Shown: positions 37,631-49,565, numbered from the stretch's first letter. The stretch is DNA of 64,000 nucleotides from Octopus bimaculoides (GCF_001194135.2 NC_068990.1:82140993-82204992), one strand, 5' to 3'. Numbers and translations are program-made. The notes: generated by a model not told the origin, from the letters alone.

Positions 37631-38143
37631 ATTATTATTGTAATAAAAGCCTTTTAGAATTTAGTTACTTCTCTTTTCTTGCCAATTTCAGTTTTCTCTC
37701 AGAACCACTTTGCCTGACTTCCAATTATTTTATTATTTTATTTTTTGTTGCCGTTCACTTCCAACAACATTTTCATTGGCTAAAAAAAAGCTTCCAGATA
37801 CCATTCCTGCTTTATGAAATGTTCCATTGCTTAGCATATTAAAAGTCATCTTTTATTGATTTATGGTATTTGCAACGAAAAAATAATAACGTTTAAATTA
37901 CGTTTAGAATTTTTCAAATCCAACCAAGCCTATCCTATTTAAGTACAATATATTCCAGTAATATTGAATTAAATACATAAAGCAAATGGAGAGCATGCTG
38001 AAATCCAATTCGTGTAAATAATCTCCGAGCTGATGTATATTTCTAATGACTTATTCAAATAACGGCTTTCACATTGCAAATCAACATACCAAAACTACTT
38101 ACAATTTACTGATTAATTTACTGATTAATTATATAACCATCGT

Positions 38144-38534
38144 GTGGAGGCGCAATGGCCCAGTGGTTAGAGCAGCGAACTCGCGGTCATAGTATCGCAG
38201 TTTCGATTCCCAGAACGGGCGTTGTGAGTGTTTATTGAGCGAAAACACCTAAAGCTCCACGAGGCTCCGGCAGGGGGATGGTGGCGAACCCTGCTATACT
38301 CTTTCACCACAACTTTCTCTCACTCTTACTTCCCTGTTTCTGTTGTGCCTGTAATTCAAAGGGTCGGCCTTGTCACACTCTGTGTCACGCTGAATATCCC
38401 CGAGAACTACGTTAAGGATACACGTGTCTGTGGAGTGCTCAGCCACTTGCACGTTAATTTCACGAGCAAGCTGTTCCGTTGATCGGATCAACTGGAATCC
38501 TCGACGTCGTAAGCGACGGAGTGCCAACAACAAC
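38144..38534 (+). mobile_element. SINE family A, full length
   Basis: Near-identical to 5115-5496; 13-bp TSD atataaccatcgt at 38131-38143 and 38535-38547; (AAC)n tail. Confidence 0.93.
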
Positions 38535-38685
38535 ATATAACCATCGTATATATTTGTGTGGCTACACAGAAATACATACGCACACACACATGCACGCACA
38601 CACATAAACACACGCTCACACAGTCACATACACACACATATAGGTGCACGCATAGACATCTACACATAAATGCATGATAATGATG

Positions 38686-39102
38686 TTTACTCTTTACTCT
38701 CTCTTTCCTCTTTTATTTGTTTCAGTCATTTGACTGCGGCCATGCTGGAGCACTGCCTTTAGTCGAGCAAATCGGCCCCAGGAATTATTCTTTGTAAGCC
38801 TAGTACTTGTTCGATCGGTCTTTTGCCGAACCGCTAAGTTACGGGGGACGTAAACACACCAGCATCAGTTGTCAAGCGATGTTAGGGGGGGGGGTAATCG
38901 TAGACACACAAACATATACACACACATACATATATACATATATACGATAAGCTTCTTTCAGTTTCCGTCTACCAAATCCACTCACAAGGCTTTGGTCGGT
39001 CCGAGCCTATAGAAGAAGACTCTTGCCCAAGGTGCCACGCAGTGGGAATGAACCCGGAACCATGTGGTTGGTTAGCAAGCTACTTACCACACAGCCACTC
39101 CT
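38686..39102 (-). mobile_element. SINE family B, full length, gap-free reference copy
   Basis: Complete head (ggagtggctgtgtggtaag..gggttcattcccactgcgtggcaccttgggcaag), core, short internal TA/TG tract and tail. Confidence 0.93.
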
Positions 39103-39639
39103 CTATATGTACGCGGGTGTATAGACAGGGTTGTAGTTTAGGTATATGCATGAATATACGGTTCACCAGTATTAATATGAAAGTTTATATGTGTAGACGA
39201 GTGTATATGTAGACGTTTATACGTCCGCACGCACACGCGCTGACACGCACATATACATTCATTATACACGCGGATATAAACAAATTATTCAAACTCCATT
39301 CGACAGATATACACAACGTTTTAATAAACTATAACTCTTATATGTTCGACACATATTTATATGTATATGTTTGTGTGTGTGCGTATATAGGTATATCTAT
39401 CTTTACATACGTATGTGTCTGTGAATTTGTTTGTGTGTGTGTGTGTGTGTATGTGTGTGTGTGTGTGTTTATTTACTGAACTATTCCCGTTTTTATGCTT
39501 TTCCTCTTGGTTTTGATTGCTGTCTTGTTTATTGTAATAATGTCTAATAGCTTAGCGAGACATTCACTTTTCTCTTTCAGCCTATTGACTTCTCAGTCGT
39601 TCATGCTGAGGTCGTCGACTGCTATTATATATTATATAC

Positions 39640-40001
39640 ATGCGTGCACGCATACCTATATACATGCATACATACATACATACATACATATATACATACA
39701 TACATGCATACATACATACATACATACACACTCATACACATGTTTACATACATACATAAATACACACACACTCATACAAACATGTGTACATACATACATA
39801 CATGCATAGATGCATACATTCATAGTACATACATACATTCATACATACATCCATCCATCCATCCATCCATACATACATACATACACACTCACACACACAC
39901 ACATCCACGTTTGTACATCCATACATCCATCCATACATACATACACACACACTCTCACACAGACACGTGTGTACATCCATCCACACACATACATTCATTC
40001 A
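39640..40001. repeat. Compound (TACA)/(TCCA)/(CA) microsatellite running into an N-gap
   Basis: Direct reading; explains the 415-aa pseudo-ORF. Confidence 0.95.
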
Positions 40002-40586
40002 NNNNNNNNNNNNNNNNNNNNNNNNNNNNNNNNNNNNNNNNNNNNNNNNNNNNNNNNNNNNNNNNNNNNNNNNNNNNNNNNNNNNNNNNNNNNNNNNNNN
40101 NNNNNNNNNNNNNNNNNNNNNNNNNNNNNNNNNNNNNNNNNNNNNNNNNNNNNNNNNNNNNNNNNNNNNNNNNNNNNNNNNNNNNNNNNNNNNNNNNNNN
40201 NNNNNNNNNNNNNNNNNNNNNNNNNNNNNNNNNNNNNNNNNNNNNNNNNNNNNNNNNNNNNNNNNNNNNNNNNNNNNNNNNNNNNNNNNNNNNNNNNNNN
40301 NNNNNNNNNNNNNNNNNNNNNNNNNNNNNNNNNNNNNNNNNNNNNNNNNNNNNNNNNNNNNNNNNNNNNNNNNNNNNNNNNNNNNNNNNNNNNNNNNNNN
40401 NNNNNNNNNNNNNNNNNNNNNNNNNNNNNNNNNNNNNNNNNNNNNNNNNNNNNNNNNNNNNNNNNNNNNNNNNNNNNNNNNNNNNNNNNNNNNNNNNNNN
40501 NNNNNNNNNAAGAGATTTAACCTTAGATGGCGGAATAAGGATCGGATCTGGTCTGAATGTTTGCAGCAGAGTGGATTCCTCTAAAA

Positions 40587-40659
40587 CAGTGGTTCCCAAC
40601 CTAGGGTCTGCGGACCCCTGGTTTTCCACAAACATAGTACTGTGGGTCTCAAAATTTAA

Positions 40660-40735
<76 letters not shown>

Positions 40736-41109
40736 CCCCTCTCTCTCTCATATATATATATATATAACGAATTAAAAAAAAATTATTTTAGCTTGCCTTC
40801 CTCGATTTCAGGACGACGTGTATTCATAGCGAATGTATCTTGTAATGTGGTGATTAACGATTTAAAGTCTATTCTCAGCATATTGGCATAGACATCTTTT
40901 TTTCTTTTTCCCTTGCTTATAATTGTTTATAATTGTACACATATATATATAGATATATATATAAATAAATAAATAAATATATATATATATATATATATAC
41001 ATACAAACATAATGATAAGTATATTAAAAGGGGTCCGTGAGAAAACACATTTAATTAAAAGGGTTGGGTACTATCGTTGGGAACCACTGTAAAAAGGTTG
41101 GAACCATTG
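40587..41109. mobile_element. hAT-type MITE with 8-bp TSD
   Basis: Left TIR cagtggttcccaac; right ends gttgggaaccactg (41076-41089) and ggttggaaccattg (41096-41109); exact TSD ctctaaaa at 40579-40586 and 41110-41117; internal (ATCT)n and (TA)n. Confidence 0.88.
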
Positions 41110-41189
41110 CTCTAAAAACATCAAAGACTCAGGTGATATTGTTACAGTGGGTAACAGATTCTTTCACCTAAAAACAGAACCTTTGCTTG

Positions 41190-41358
41190 CGAGCGATGGC
41201 TATCATATAGATTCCTTCCACCAAAATTCACCTCCAATATACTACCCAGTTCGTGGTTTAAAGTAGAAAATATTTGTTAATGATGTCGTAAAGTGGGAAT
41301 GAACCCCAAATCATGTACTTGTGTTGCAAAATCTTGTAGCCACGCATCTATGCCTGCA
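41190..41358 (-). mobile_element. SINE family B, very degenerate 5' half
   Basis: ttccaccaaaattcac..agtagaaaatatttg..aagtgggaatgaaccccaaatcatg..tagccacgcatctatgcctgc. Confidence 0.45.
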
Positions 41359-41855
41359 ACCACTACAACAATTCAACTAAATTTAAATTCACGAAAAAAA
41401 AAAAAAAAATTAAAATAAAAAGAGGAAGAAGAAAGAAAAAAGAAAGAAAAACGAAAATGTTTACGAAATCATAATATTTATGTTATATCCAATGTACAGC
41501 TTGAAATATATCCTGCAAATATCACAATGTCGGTGTAATCGATATATTAACATTCAAGTAAAATGTTGTAGACAAATAGGAAAACATATGTAAAGTGGTT
41601 TTGAATAAAAACTCTTAGTTTCTACCGATACAAAATATTTTACTGATATTGAAGGAAAAGACGAGTAATGTAGCGGTAGAATCAGCCAGTATTGGATACA
41701 AAGACTTGTAATATTTAAAAGCTAAACAACCCAGTGGAAAAAAACAGGGGCATCATCTGCATGAACAATAACAGTTTATTGTATATATTTACCAAACTAT
41801 ACGACACTAGCTTAGGTATTGTTAAGCAACAAAGCAGTTGAAAAATAATTATGAA

Positions 41856-42346
41856 CAGGGCCATCGCTAAGCCCCTGTAACCCCTGCGGTCGCAGGGGGC
41901 CTCCGCAGTTGAGGGGCCTCATGTTAAGATCAAAGTACGTTGACGAGTCATCTATTTACTTTGGTTAAGATGTTGAACAAGAATTAATCTATGTTAACAG
42001 AAAATTTCAAGAAATAAAACGGTAATACATTGTATCTGCAAAACTTCTTGTGAAGATATTACATTGTACCACGAACGTCCCTACCTAAATAGGCTTTGTG
42101 TATTCTGGTCCTTATTACTCACATATCTGGAAGCTTTACTTATTGAAATTTGTAATCGACACAAATATATTTAACTTGTACTTTAAAAGATGTTCTTTAG
42201 GATAACGTGAAATATTGAACTTCAGATAGAATGAAGTAAAATATAACTAGGAATAAAAGGCGTGCAGATTATGAATTTTGATTGAAAGAATGGGGCCTTG
42301 AAGCAAAAAGTTGCAGGCGGCTTCTAGAAGTCATACGACGCGCCTG
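41856..42346. mobile_element. Second hAT-type MITE
   Basis: Ends cagggccatcgcta / tacgacgcgcctg (imperfect TIR), GC-rich ggggcct subterminal blocks at both ends, TSD attatgaa (41848-41855) and gttatgaa (42347-42354), 7/8 match. Confidence 0.75.
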
Positions 42347-42589
42347 GTTATGAAGTGAAATAAAGATTATATTTTCTTAACATTAAACATTTTAATCATT
42401 CCTAAAGAGACGGAGATGATATAATGCAACCGAAAAACAATTTAAGTTTTTTCCTCAACAGAATTTTAAAAATAATATTAGTCATTGAGCTCAGTTTGTA
42501 TTCTCTTCTCCACATAATTAATTTCATCTTTCTGATGCCTACTGCATTAAATATACCAACAGCAACTCCACATAGAGTATTTAGTTATT

Positions 42590-43165
42590 GACATTTCCGT
42601 TCTGAGTTTAAATCTTGTTTGCTATTCATTTAGCCTTTCAATCTAATGCCGCTGATAGAATAAGAGTTATTTATCTAATGGTTACCAATTTTTTGAGTAT
42701 TTTCTTAAAAAGAGCAGTGTCCACAACCTTTAGAGGATATCCGAAGCTGGTGGACGAGAGTGAAGAGGATATCCTTAAACGGGAAAGCCAGGCTGAATGC
42801 TTGAAACTAAGGCGTCAGGCGGTGGCGGTGAACTGCGTAGCGGATTTATTCTCAGAATATACAGAGCCCGAACAAAAGCTGCAAGGCAGTTAGTTCAATG
42901 TTCCTGCAGTTTCGCCATTCCACCACTCTGTATCGGTCCTGAAAAGATGAAAGGCAAAGTTAAGTTCGGTGCAACTTGAATTTAGAGAGTAGAGAGTCAT
43001 AGGAAATTACGCGAGATATTCTACGTTTGGATGTAAGGAAAAAAAAAAAACCGTAATGTCAGTTAATAGACTGTATGTCTGGCTTGAAGAGTTTGTCGCC
43101 TTGTTTCCGAGGCTCCGGCAGGGGTGGGATGTTGCAAAGCATTTTGCTAAGGCGCTAACGATTCT
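42590..43165. mobile_element. Cluster of family C SINE fragments in both orientations
   Basis: ttctgagtttaaatc..gcctttcaatc (+), ggcggtgaactg (+), gaaaagatgaaaggcaaagttaag (-), aagcattttgctaaggcgctaacgattctgcca (-). Confidence 0.55.
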
Positions 43166-44270
43166 GCCAAACCACCACCTTATTGTTTTTAGCAAAGACT
43201 CAAAGCCTTAATGGTGGTGAAATCGCCCCAACTATTTGGTAACGCTTCTCGAAAAAGGATACCGTCAAGTAACATTTTTTTGTTGTTATTACGAGCCTGA
43301 CATGCTTGTCTTTACACTAGTTCTCTTTATCTCTACACTTATTACCAGCTTGTTTTGTGCTACAAAACGACATCGATCCAGAGGTCAATATCAATGCCAG
43401 TACTTTTCTCTGGCGTCGCTAACTGCCCCGTGTTCTGCGGCATGAGCCCATGAGCGAATGTTTCGTAAATTTTCTTTGCATGTATTTCTTTCTGTTCGCA
43501 TTTGATTTCGAAGAACAAATAGTCAGTGTCGTATAAGCTTTCCGGTCGACTGAGATGCTGATCAAGACATCACCTTAGTTGGTGCTTTGGGGATACGAAG
43601 AAAACCCCTGCAACATTTGTGAGACTGTCGGTCATTTTCTTCAATCCCCACTCTTCAACAAATTCTTCAGGTTAGGAGACAGAATCTCTAGTCATATATT
43701 TATATCACTCCATACTCAGAACCCTCTTGTTGCTAGAAACAGAAGTTACAGAAGACGTTTTGTTGTAGTTCTTGTTACTTTTTCCGCTAGAATTTTAGCT
43801 GATGCTGTTTTGTGTTATCAATAGAGTTGTGTATCACTGGAAAATTACATTTCCTTCTGCATATTTTAAACCACAAATAATTGTGCTGTTTTGTTTACGT
43901 GAGTTTTGTTTCTCTTTCATTTCATCGCCATGACTGAATTTTCCGAAAGCAGAAAAATTTATTTGGTGAATTAAATTCATTTATCTTTCTTCAAAGATGT
44001 AAAATAGTGCTCAGAATATGAACCTACTTCTCTTTAACATTATTCTGCTAAAAACGCATTCAGTTTAGCGTGTCATGCAATGAATGCTTTGAAAACACGA
44101 GTGAAGGGTTGAATGATTTTACAAAGCAAAAAACAGCAAAAACAAAACATCTGGAAATTATTTCATCGACTCCGAAAGGAAAAAAAGACAAAATAAAGCT
44201 CAGCTGGAATTGAACCCAGAATGTAAAGACTGACAAAATGCCGGTGAGCATTTCGACAGTCGTACTAACG

Positions 44271-44314
<44 letters not shown>

Positions 44315-44516
44315 CCTTTCTGCTATAGGCACAAATTTGGTGGGAGGAGGATAGTCAATTACATCGACAACAGTACGCAACTGGTACTTAATTTATCGAT
44401 GCCGAGAGGATGAAGGGCAAAGTCGACCTCGGCGGAATTTGAACTCAGAACTCAGCGACGAGCGAAATACCGCTAAGCATTTCGTCCAGCGTGCTAACGA
44501 TTCTGCCAGCTCGCCA
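44315..44516 (-). mobile_element. SINE family C, full length, (TTA)n tail expanded at 44270-44312
   Basis: Clear head ggcgagctggcagaatcgttagcacgc..gagttcaaattccgccgaggtcgactttgcccttcatcctctcggcatcgataaattaagtaccag. Confidence 0.9.
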
Positions 44517-44534
44517 CATTAGTAGTAGTAGCAA

Positions 44535-44608
<74 letters not shown>

Positions 44609-45229
44609 GTAACGACAACAACAACAACAACAACAATAATAATTCTTGAGTTAAGCTTTTGAAGATCGTTTAGTCGGGAGAAGGCTGAGCGTTTAAAACC
44701 TTGATTTGATTAGTTTTAAGTTTAATTATTCATACGAACAAGGAAGTAGGAAGTGACTTGAGAATGTTGTCATATAGAAAGGGTACTTAACACATTCCGT
44801 CTGATGCAGAGATTACAACGGAAACAGAGTGTGTTGGTGGTGAGGAACAGTAAAGCAGAGTTGTTGCGAAAAAACTGTTTGGAATCTGATGTCTAAACTT
44901 TCCTAATTGAGAAATTAAATAATTAAGGATGGAAAGTATATTCTAATTAACAGTACGTTCTGTGCTTGTTACACCCTAGAAAGGAACTGGATCCATTTAT
45001 CTTGTGGGAGAGGGGTTTCAATTAATAAAAATTAGGTTAAGATATAAATACTAATTATGTGTGTGATGTTTTTACTTACACACTTCACCGAAATATCATG
45101 TTTTAGAAATTACCTGTGGTTTTAGTAACTAAATCACAAGATAGTAGACATCTTTCCACGCATAAAAGGGGTTATTCGAGCAAAATAATGTAGGGTTACC
45201 TGATTTTTATTCGAATAATTCCTTTTCGT

Positions 45230-45366
45230 GTTACTGTTGTCGTTGTAATTTAGCTGCAGGTTAGATCTGATCGAGCAAGTCTACGATATATGACGCTCCA
45301 GTCGTGGTACCAATTTTATACATTTGCCATAATTACTTTTTTATATGATGATTGGCTGCTATTCCT
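45230..45366 (-). mobile_element. Family D fragment
   Basis: ttagctgcaggttagatctgatcgagcaagtctacgat..gattggctgctattcctag. Confidence 0.6.
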
Positions 45367-45635
45367 AGTGGTTAGGGCAGCAGACACGCGGCCGGAGGAT
45401 CGCGGTTTTGATTCCCAGACTGGGCGTTGCGTGTGTTTATTGAGCAAAAGCACCTAAAGCTCCACGAGGCTCCGGCAGGGGGTGGTGGCGACCCCTGTGG
45501 TACTCTTTCGCCCCAACTTTCTCTCACTCTTTCTTCCTGCTTCTTGAGTAACGCTGCAATGGACTGGCGTCCCGTCCAGCTGTGGGGAACACATACGCCA
45601 TAGAAACCGGGAAACCGGGCCCATGAGCCTGGCTA
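45367..45635 (+). mobile_element. Composite SINE: family A 5' half joined to module F (V-domain-like gatggactggcgtcccgtccag)
   Basis: Colinear with family A to about 45544, then switches to tgagtaacgctgcaatggactggcgtcccgtccagc..gaaaccgggaaaccgggcccatga, as in 55898-56050. Confidence 0.85.
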
Positions 45636-45892
45636 CTACTGCCGAGAACGTGAAACTCTGAGTAGGTGTTTTTTTGTGATGTTTTTGCAGATTTAATGNN
45701 NNNNNNNNNNNNNNNNNNNNNNNNNNNNNNNNNNNNNNNNNNNNNNNNNNNNNNNNNNNNNNNNNNNNNNNNNNNNNNNNNNNNNNNNNNNNNNNNNNNN
45801 NNNNNNNNNNNNNNNNNNNNNNNNNNNNNNNNNNNNNNNNNNNNNNNNNNNNNNNNNNNNNNNNNNNNNNNNNNNNNTATATATATATATAT

Positions 45893-46300
45893 GTACAGGC
45901 GCAGGATTGGCTCTGTGGTAAGAAGTTACTTCCCAACAACATGGTTCTGGGTTCAGTCCCACTGCGTGGCACCTTGGGCAAGCGTCTCGGGCCGACCAAA
46001 GCCGTGGAAGTAGATTTGGTAGACGGAAACTGAAAGAAGACCGTCGTATACACACATGTGTGTGCGTATGTGTGCATATGTGTATTTGAGTGTCTGTGTT
46101 TGGCCCCATCCCCCACCGTCACTTGACAATCGATGTTGGTGTGTTTATGTCCCCGTAACTTAGAGGTTCGTCAAAAGAGACCGATAGAATAAGTATTAGG
46201 CTTACAAAGAATAAGTCCTGGTGTCGATTTGTTCGAGTAAAGGCAGTGCTCCAGCATGGCCGCAGTCACATTACTGAAACAAGTAAAAGAAGTAAAAGAA
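45893..46300 (+). mobile_element. SINE family B, near full length
   Basis: caggcgcaggattggctctgtggtaag..gggttcagtcccactgcgtggcaccttgggcaag..ctgaaacaagtaaaagaag. Confidence 0.92.
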
Positions 46301-46336
46301 TATATATGTATGTGCGTGTGTGTGTGTCTGTGTGTG

Positions 46337-46418
<82 letters not shown>

Positions 46419-46442
46419 TGTGTGTGTGTGTGTATATACATA

Positions 46443-46608
46443 TATACTCTTTACTCTTTTACTCTTTTGCTTGTTTCAATCATTTGACTGCGGCCATGCT
46501 GGAGCACCGTCTTTAGTCGAGCAAATCTACCCCAGGACTTATTCTTTGTAAGCCTAGTACTTATTCTATCAGTGTCTTTTGCCGAACCGCTAAGTTACGG
46601 GGACATGC
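46443..46608 (-). mobile_element. SINE family B 3' half, inverted relative to 45893-46300
   Basis: ttactcttttgcttgtttcaatcatttgactgcggccatgctggagcaccg..gccgaaccgctaagttacggggacat. Confidence 0.92.
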
Positions 46609-47892
46609 ATATATATATCTTAGGAGTGAAGAGGAAATGCTCATGTCACATTGCAAATTGCTGGAGTTACTGAGAGTGATAAGAAGAGAGAAGGTATGCT
46701 CAAACCGATGTCATGATTTACAAGAGAATGAACGCCGTTTAATTTATGCAAAGGTGGTTAAAAATGGGTGACGGATTAAGCCTGTCACACAAAGACGCTA
46801 TCGCGAGATTTCATCTCAAATCGCAAACAATCGAAAGAAATTCCGCAACACATCTGACACGATGTTCTTATCGTTTCGTTAATCGAGCGTACCGTATTGG
46901 TAATCGTATTATCGATTCTAAAGACGATTCTAAAAAAGAAAATTTGACCTCAGAGTGCAGAAAATCGGAGCAAATATCTCAAGTTTCAATGACTCCAGTG
47001 ACTTCAATGATTAAGGCAGGTTCATTGTAGGTGTTGTTTATACCAGGATAAATCTGGATTGAGCAAATTTTTGGAATTATAGCTGTGGCCATCCACCCGT
47101 AAGTCAGTAGCCCACCAAATTTTTTTCAAAAATTTTATCTTTGCATAATCTAATACATTATTCCCAAGACTGCGCAATGTGACTTAAAGTGAGATTGATC
47201 TGTTATTTCATGCAGATCGAGTTGAGGTACTGCAAGGTATAATTTTACAGACCTGCTTAGATTAATGAGTAACTATCATTAAACTGATCTGAAAGTAAAA
47301 CGCAAGGATATTCATGTTAAGGCAAGGATATAGCCGAGATAATCAATATCACTACACGATTAGTGATTTTATCGATCACTACTAGAAAGATGAAAAAAAA
47401 AAGGGAAGCAACTAAATATTGTCCAACGTTCTGCCAATCCATCACTGTCCAGAAAAAAATTTTAAAACGTCATAATATCGATATTTGATTTGAAATAATG
47501 CTGAAGTCCTGGACTTTAGGTTTTGTTATGACAAAAGCCTGGTAATAATATGTATGCATATTTCGACAAAAGACCTTCCTTTAAGTGAAAAAGCGCTTTT
47601 CTTTTTAAGGGCAATTCGAGGTTTATTCATTGGCGGTGACTTAGAAAACTGAATTCGTTATGTAGTTTAGATATTTCAGTTGAACTCATTTAATTTCTCT
47701 TCAACCAATAATGAGTCTGAGAGAAGCACGAAAATAGCATCCTCTTACTTTCTTCTAAGTTCGAGAATATGCTCTGTTCAACAATCAACAATTCTTTCTG
47801 GAGAGTCGTAGATCAAAGGCTACGTTTTCTTCGACTTTAAATAGCAATGTCTGGTTTCAACTTCATCTGCGACAAGTCCTTTTTAGTGGAAA

Positions 47893-48217
47893 TTTTATTA
47901 CCTCCACCTTAGCGAAGGCGGAGGCATTATTTTCAGTCGTGTTTGTTTGTTTGTCCGTGGACAAAATATCTCAAGAACCGTTGGATAGATTTGGATGAAA
48001 CTTTCAAGGATGTTTGGCCTCGTAGAATGTTTGGCCTCAAGGATGTTTGGTCTGCTGTTTTTTTACTTAATTTTTGAGAGCGGTCGGGTTCATTTTTAGT
48101 ATTCTCGTTTATAAGAGCGGTTGAGTTTATTTCAGATATTCTCATTTTAAAAATCACCTCTGGCTAATCGTTGATGTTGCTTTGGCGGATATTTGCGTTC
48201 TCTGAGTGCTCTTGTTC
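47893..48217 (+). mobile_element. Helentron-associated non-autonomous element (HINE/DINE-1-like)
   Basis: 5' ttattacctcc with hairpin cctccacctt-agcg-aaggcggagg (47901-47924), short (gttt) tract, gatagatttggatgaaacttt motif, 3' subTIR ttggcgga and terminal hairpin gcgttc-tct-gagtgc, T-rich ends, no TSD. Confidence 0.75.
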
Positions 48218-48219
48218 TT

Positions 48220-48380
48220 ATTGTTTTTAGCCTCGGGTCAGTTCTGGTCTAGTAGACCCATCTATAATGAAATACATTGTCTTTCAATGTTTCTAGGATT
48301 ATATTATCCAATATTTCATTTGTCTTAAAAGACAGAAGAATGCAATTTGAGAGGAATTTAGCTGTTATTTCTATTGAATT
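48220..48380 (-). mobile_element. Family D copy
   Basis: tttagcctcgggtcagttctggtctagtagacc..tctaggattatattatccaat..ttgagaggaatttagctgttatttcta. Confidence 0.65.
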
Positions 48381-48634
48381 ATAACCAGGTATGTTGATAA
48401 ACCTCGTAAGGTAAGTCTAACACCCCAACCAAATTATTTCACTCTCTTAAAAAAATATGGCTGTGTTTATAATATTTATTTTTTATAAAACATTAAAATT
48501 GCAAACAAATTTCTCTCAAGCAGTTAAAAATCTTTTCTTTTTTTAAAAATATTCCCTCTTCTTTTTGCTTTCTTCTTTTCCTATTTCTCTTTTATCTTTT
48601 TCGCTTTCACCGTCTTTCTTTCTCAGTCTCTTAT

Positions 48635-49062
48635 TTATGTGTATATGTGTGTATGTGTGCGTGTGTATACGTGTGTTGTGTGTATGTTGTGTATGTATGC
48701 CCGTGTGTGTATGCTGTGTGTATGTATGTGTATATGTTGGTTGTATGCCGTGAACGTATGTGCGAGTGTATATTGTGAGCGTGTGTGTGTGTGCGCGTAT
48801 GTGTGTGCGTGTGTATGCGTGTGTTGTATGTTGTGTATGTATCCTCGTGTGTGTATGCTGTATGTATGCTGTGTGTACGCGTGTGTGTATGTTGGTTGTA
48901 TGCCGTGAACGTATGTGCGAGTGTATGTTGTGAGCGTGTGTGTGTGTGTGTGTGCGCGCGCGTATGTGTGTGCGTGTGTATGTATGTTGTGTATGTATGC
49001 TTGTGTGTGCATGCTGTGTGTGTATGTATGTTTGCATGCGTGTGTATGTGTGTGTACGCGTT
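48635..49062. repeat. TG-rich cryptic repeat with a 155-bp higher-order duplication
   Basis: The block tatgttggttgtatgccgtgaacgtatgtgcgagtgtat starts at 48733 and again at 48888. Confidence 0.88.
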
Positions 49063-49450
49063 TATATTCATGCTTAGAAATACAATTTCGTAAGAAAAAA
49101 CTAAGAGCATGAAACGTATTTCATTTTCAAGTTGTTTACGTTGTCCGAGTCTCTTACTCTCTTCCCCCCCTCTCTCTCTCTCTCTGTTTCTTCCTTCTTG
49201 TCTGTCTCTCTTCCTATCCATCTGTCTCTCTTCCCCTCTCTCTCTGTTTCTCCGCCCCCGCCTCTATCACGCTCTCTTTTTTTTTTATCTCTCTACCTTT
49301 TCTTCTTAGCCTGTCCCCCCACCCATTTGGCTCTCCCCCCCCTTATACCTATAGGTAGGAACCAAATGGGGAGACATGTATACGAATATACAAATGTACG
49401 AATGTATGTATGCATTTCAATATATATCCATATTTTATATGAACACACGT

Positions 49451-49482
<32 letters not shown>

Positions 49483-49524
49483 CATACATACAAATATATA
49501 TATATATATACATACACAAACATA

Positions 49525-49565
<41 letters not shown>

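Noticed and set aside
42615-42893. 92-aa ORF with protein-like composition (LVDESEEDILKRESQAECL)
   Set aside because: Both ends overlap SINE C fragments, and there are no convincing splice sites or recognisable domain.
43579-43680. CNICETVGHFLQSP as a gag zinc knuckle
   Set aside because: The final Cys is missing and there is no other gag or pol signal.
46746-47030. 94-aa ORF in non-repetitive sequence
   Set aside because: No recognisable motif or splice structure; the length is within chance expectation.
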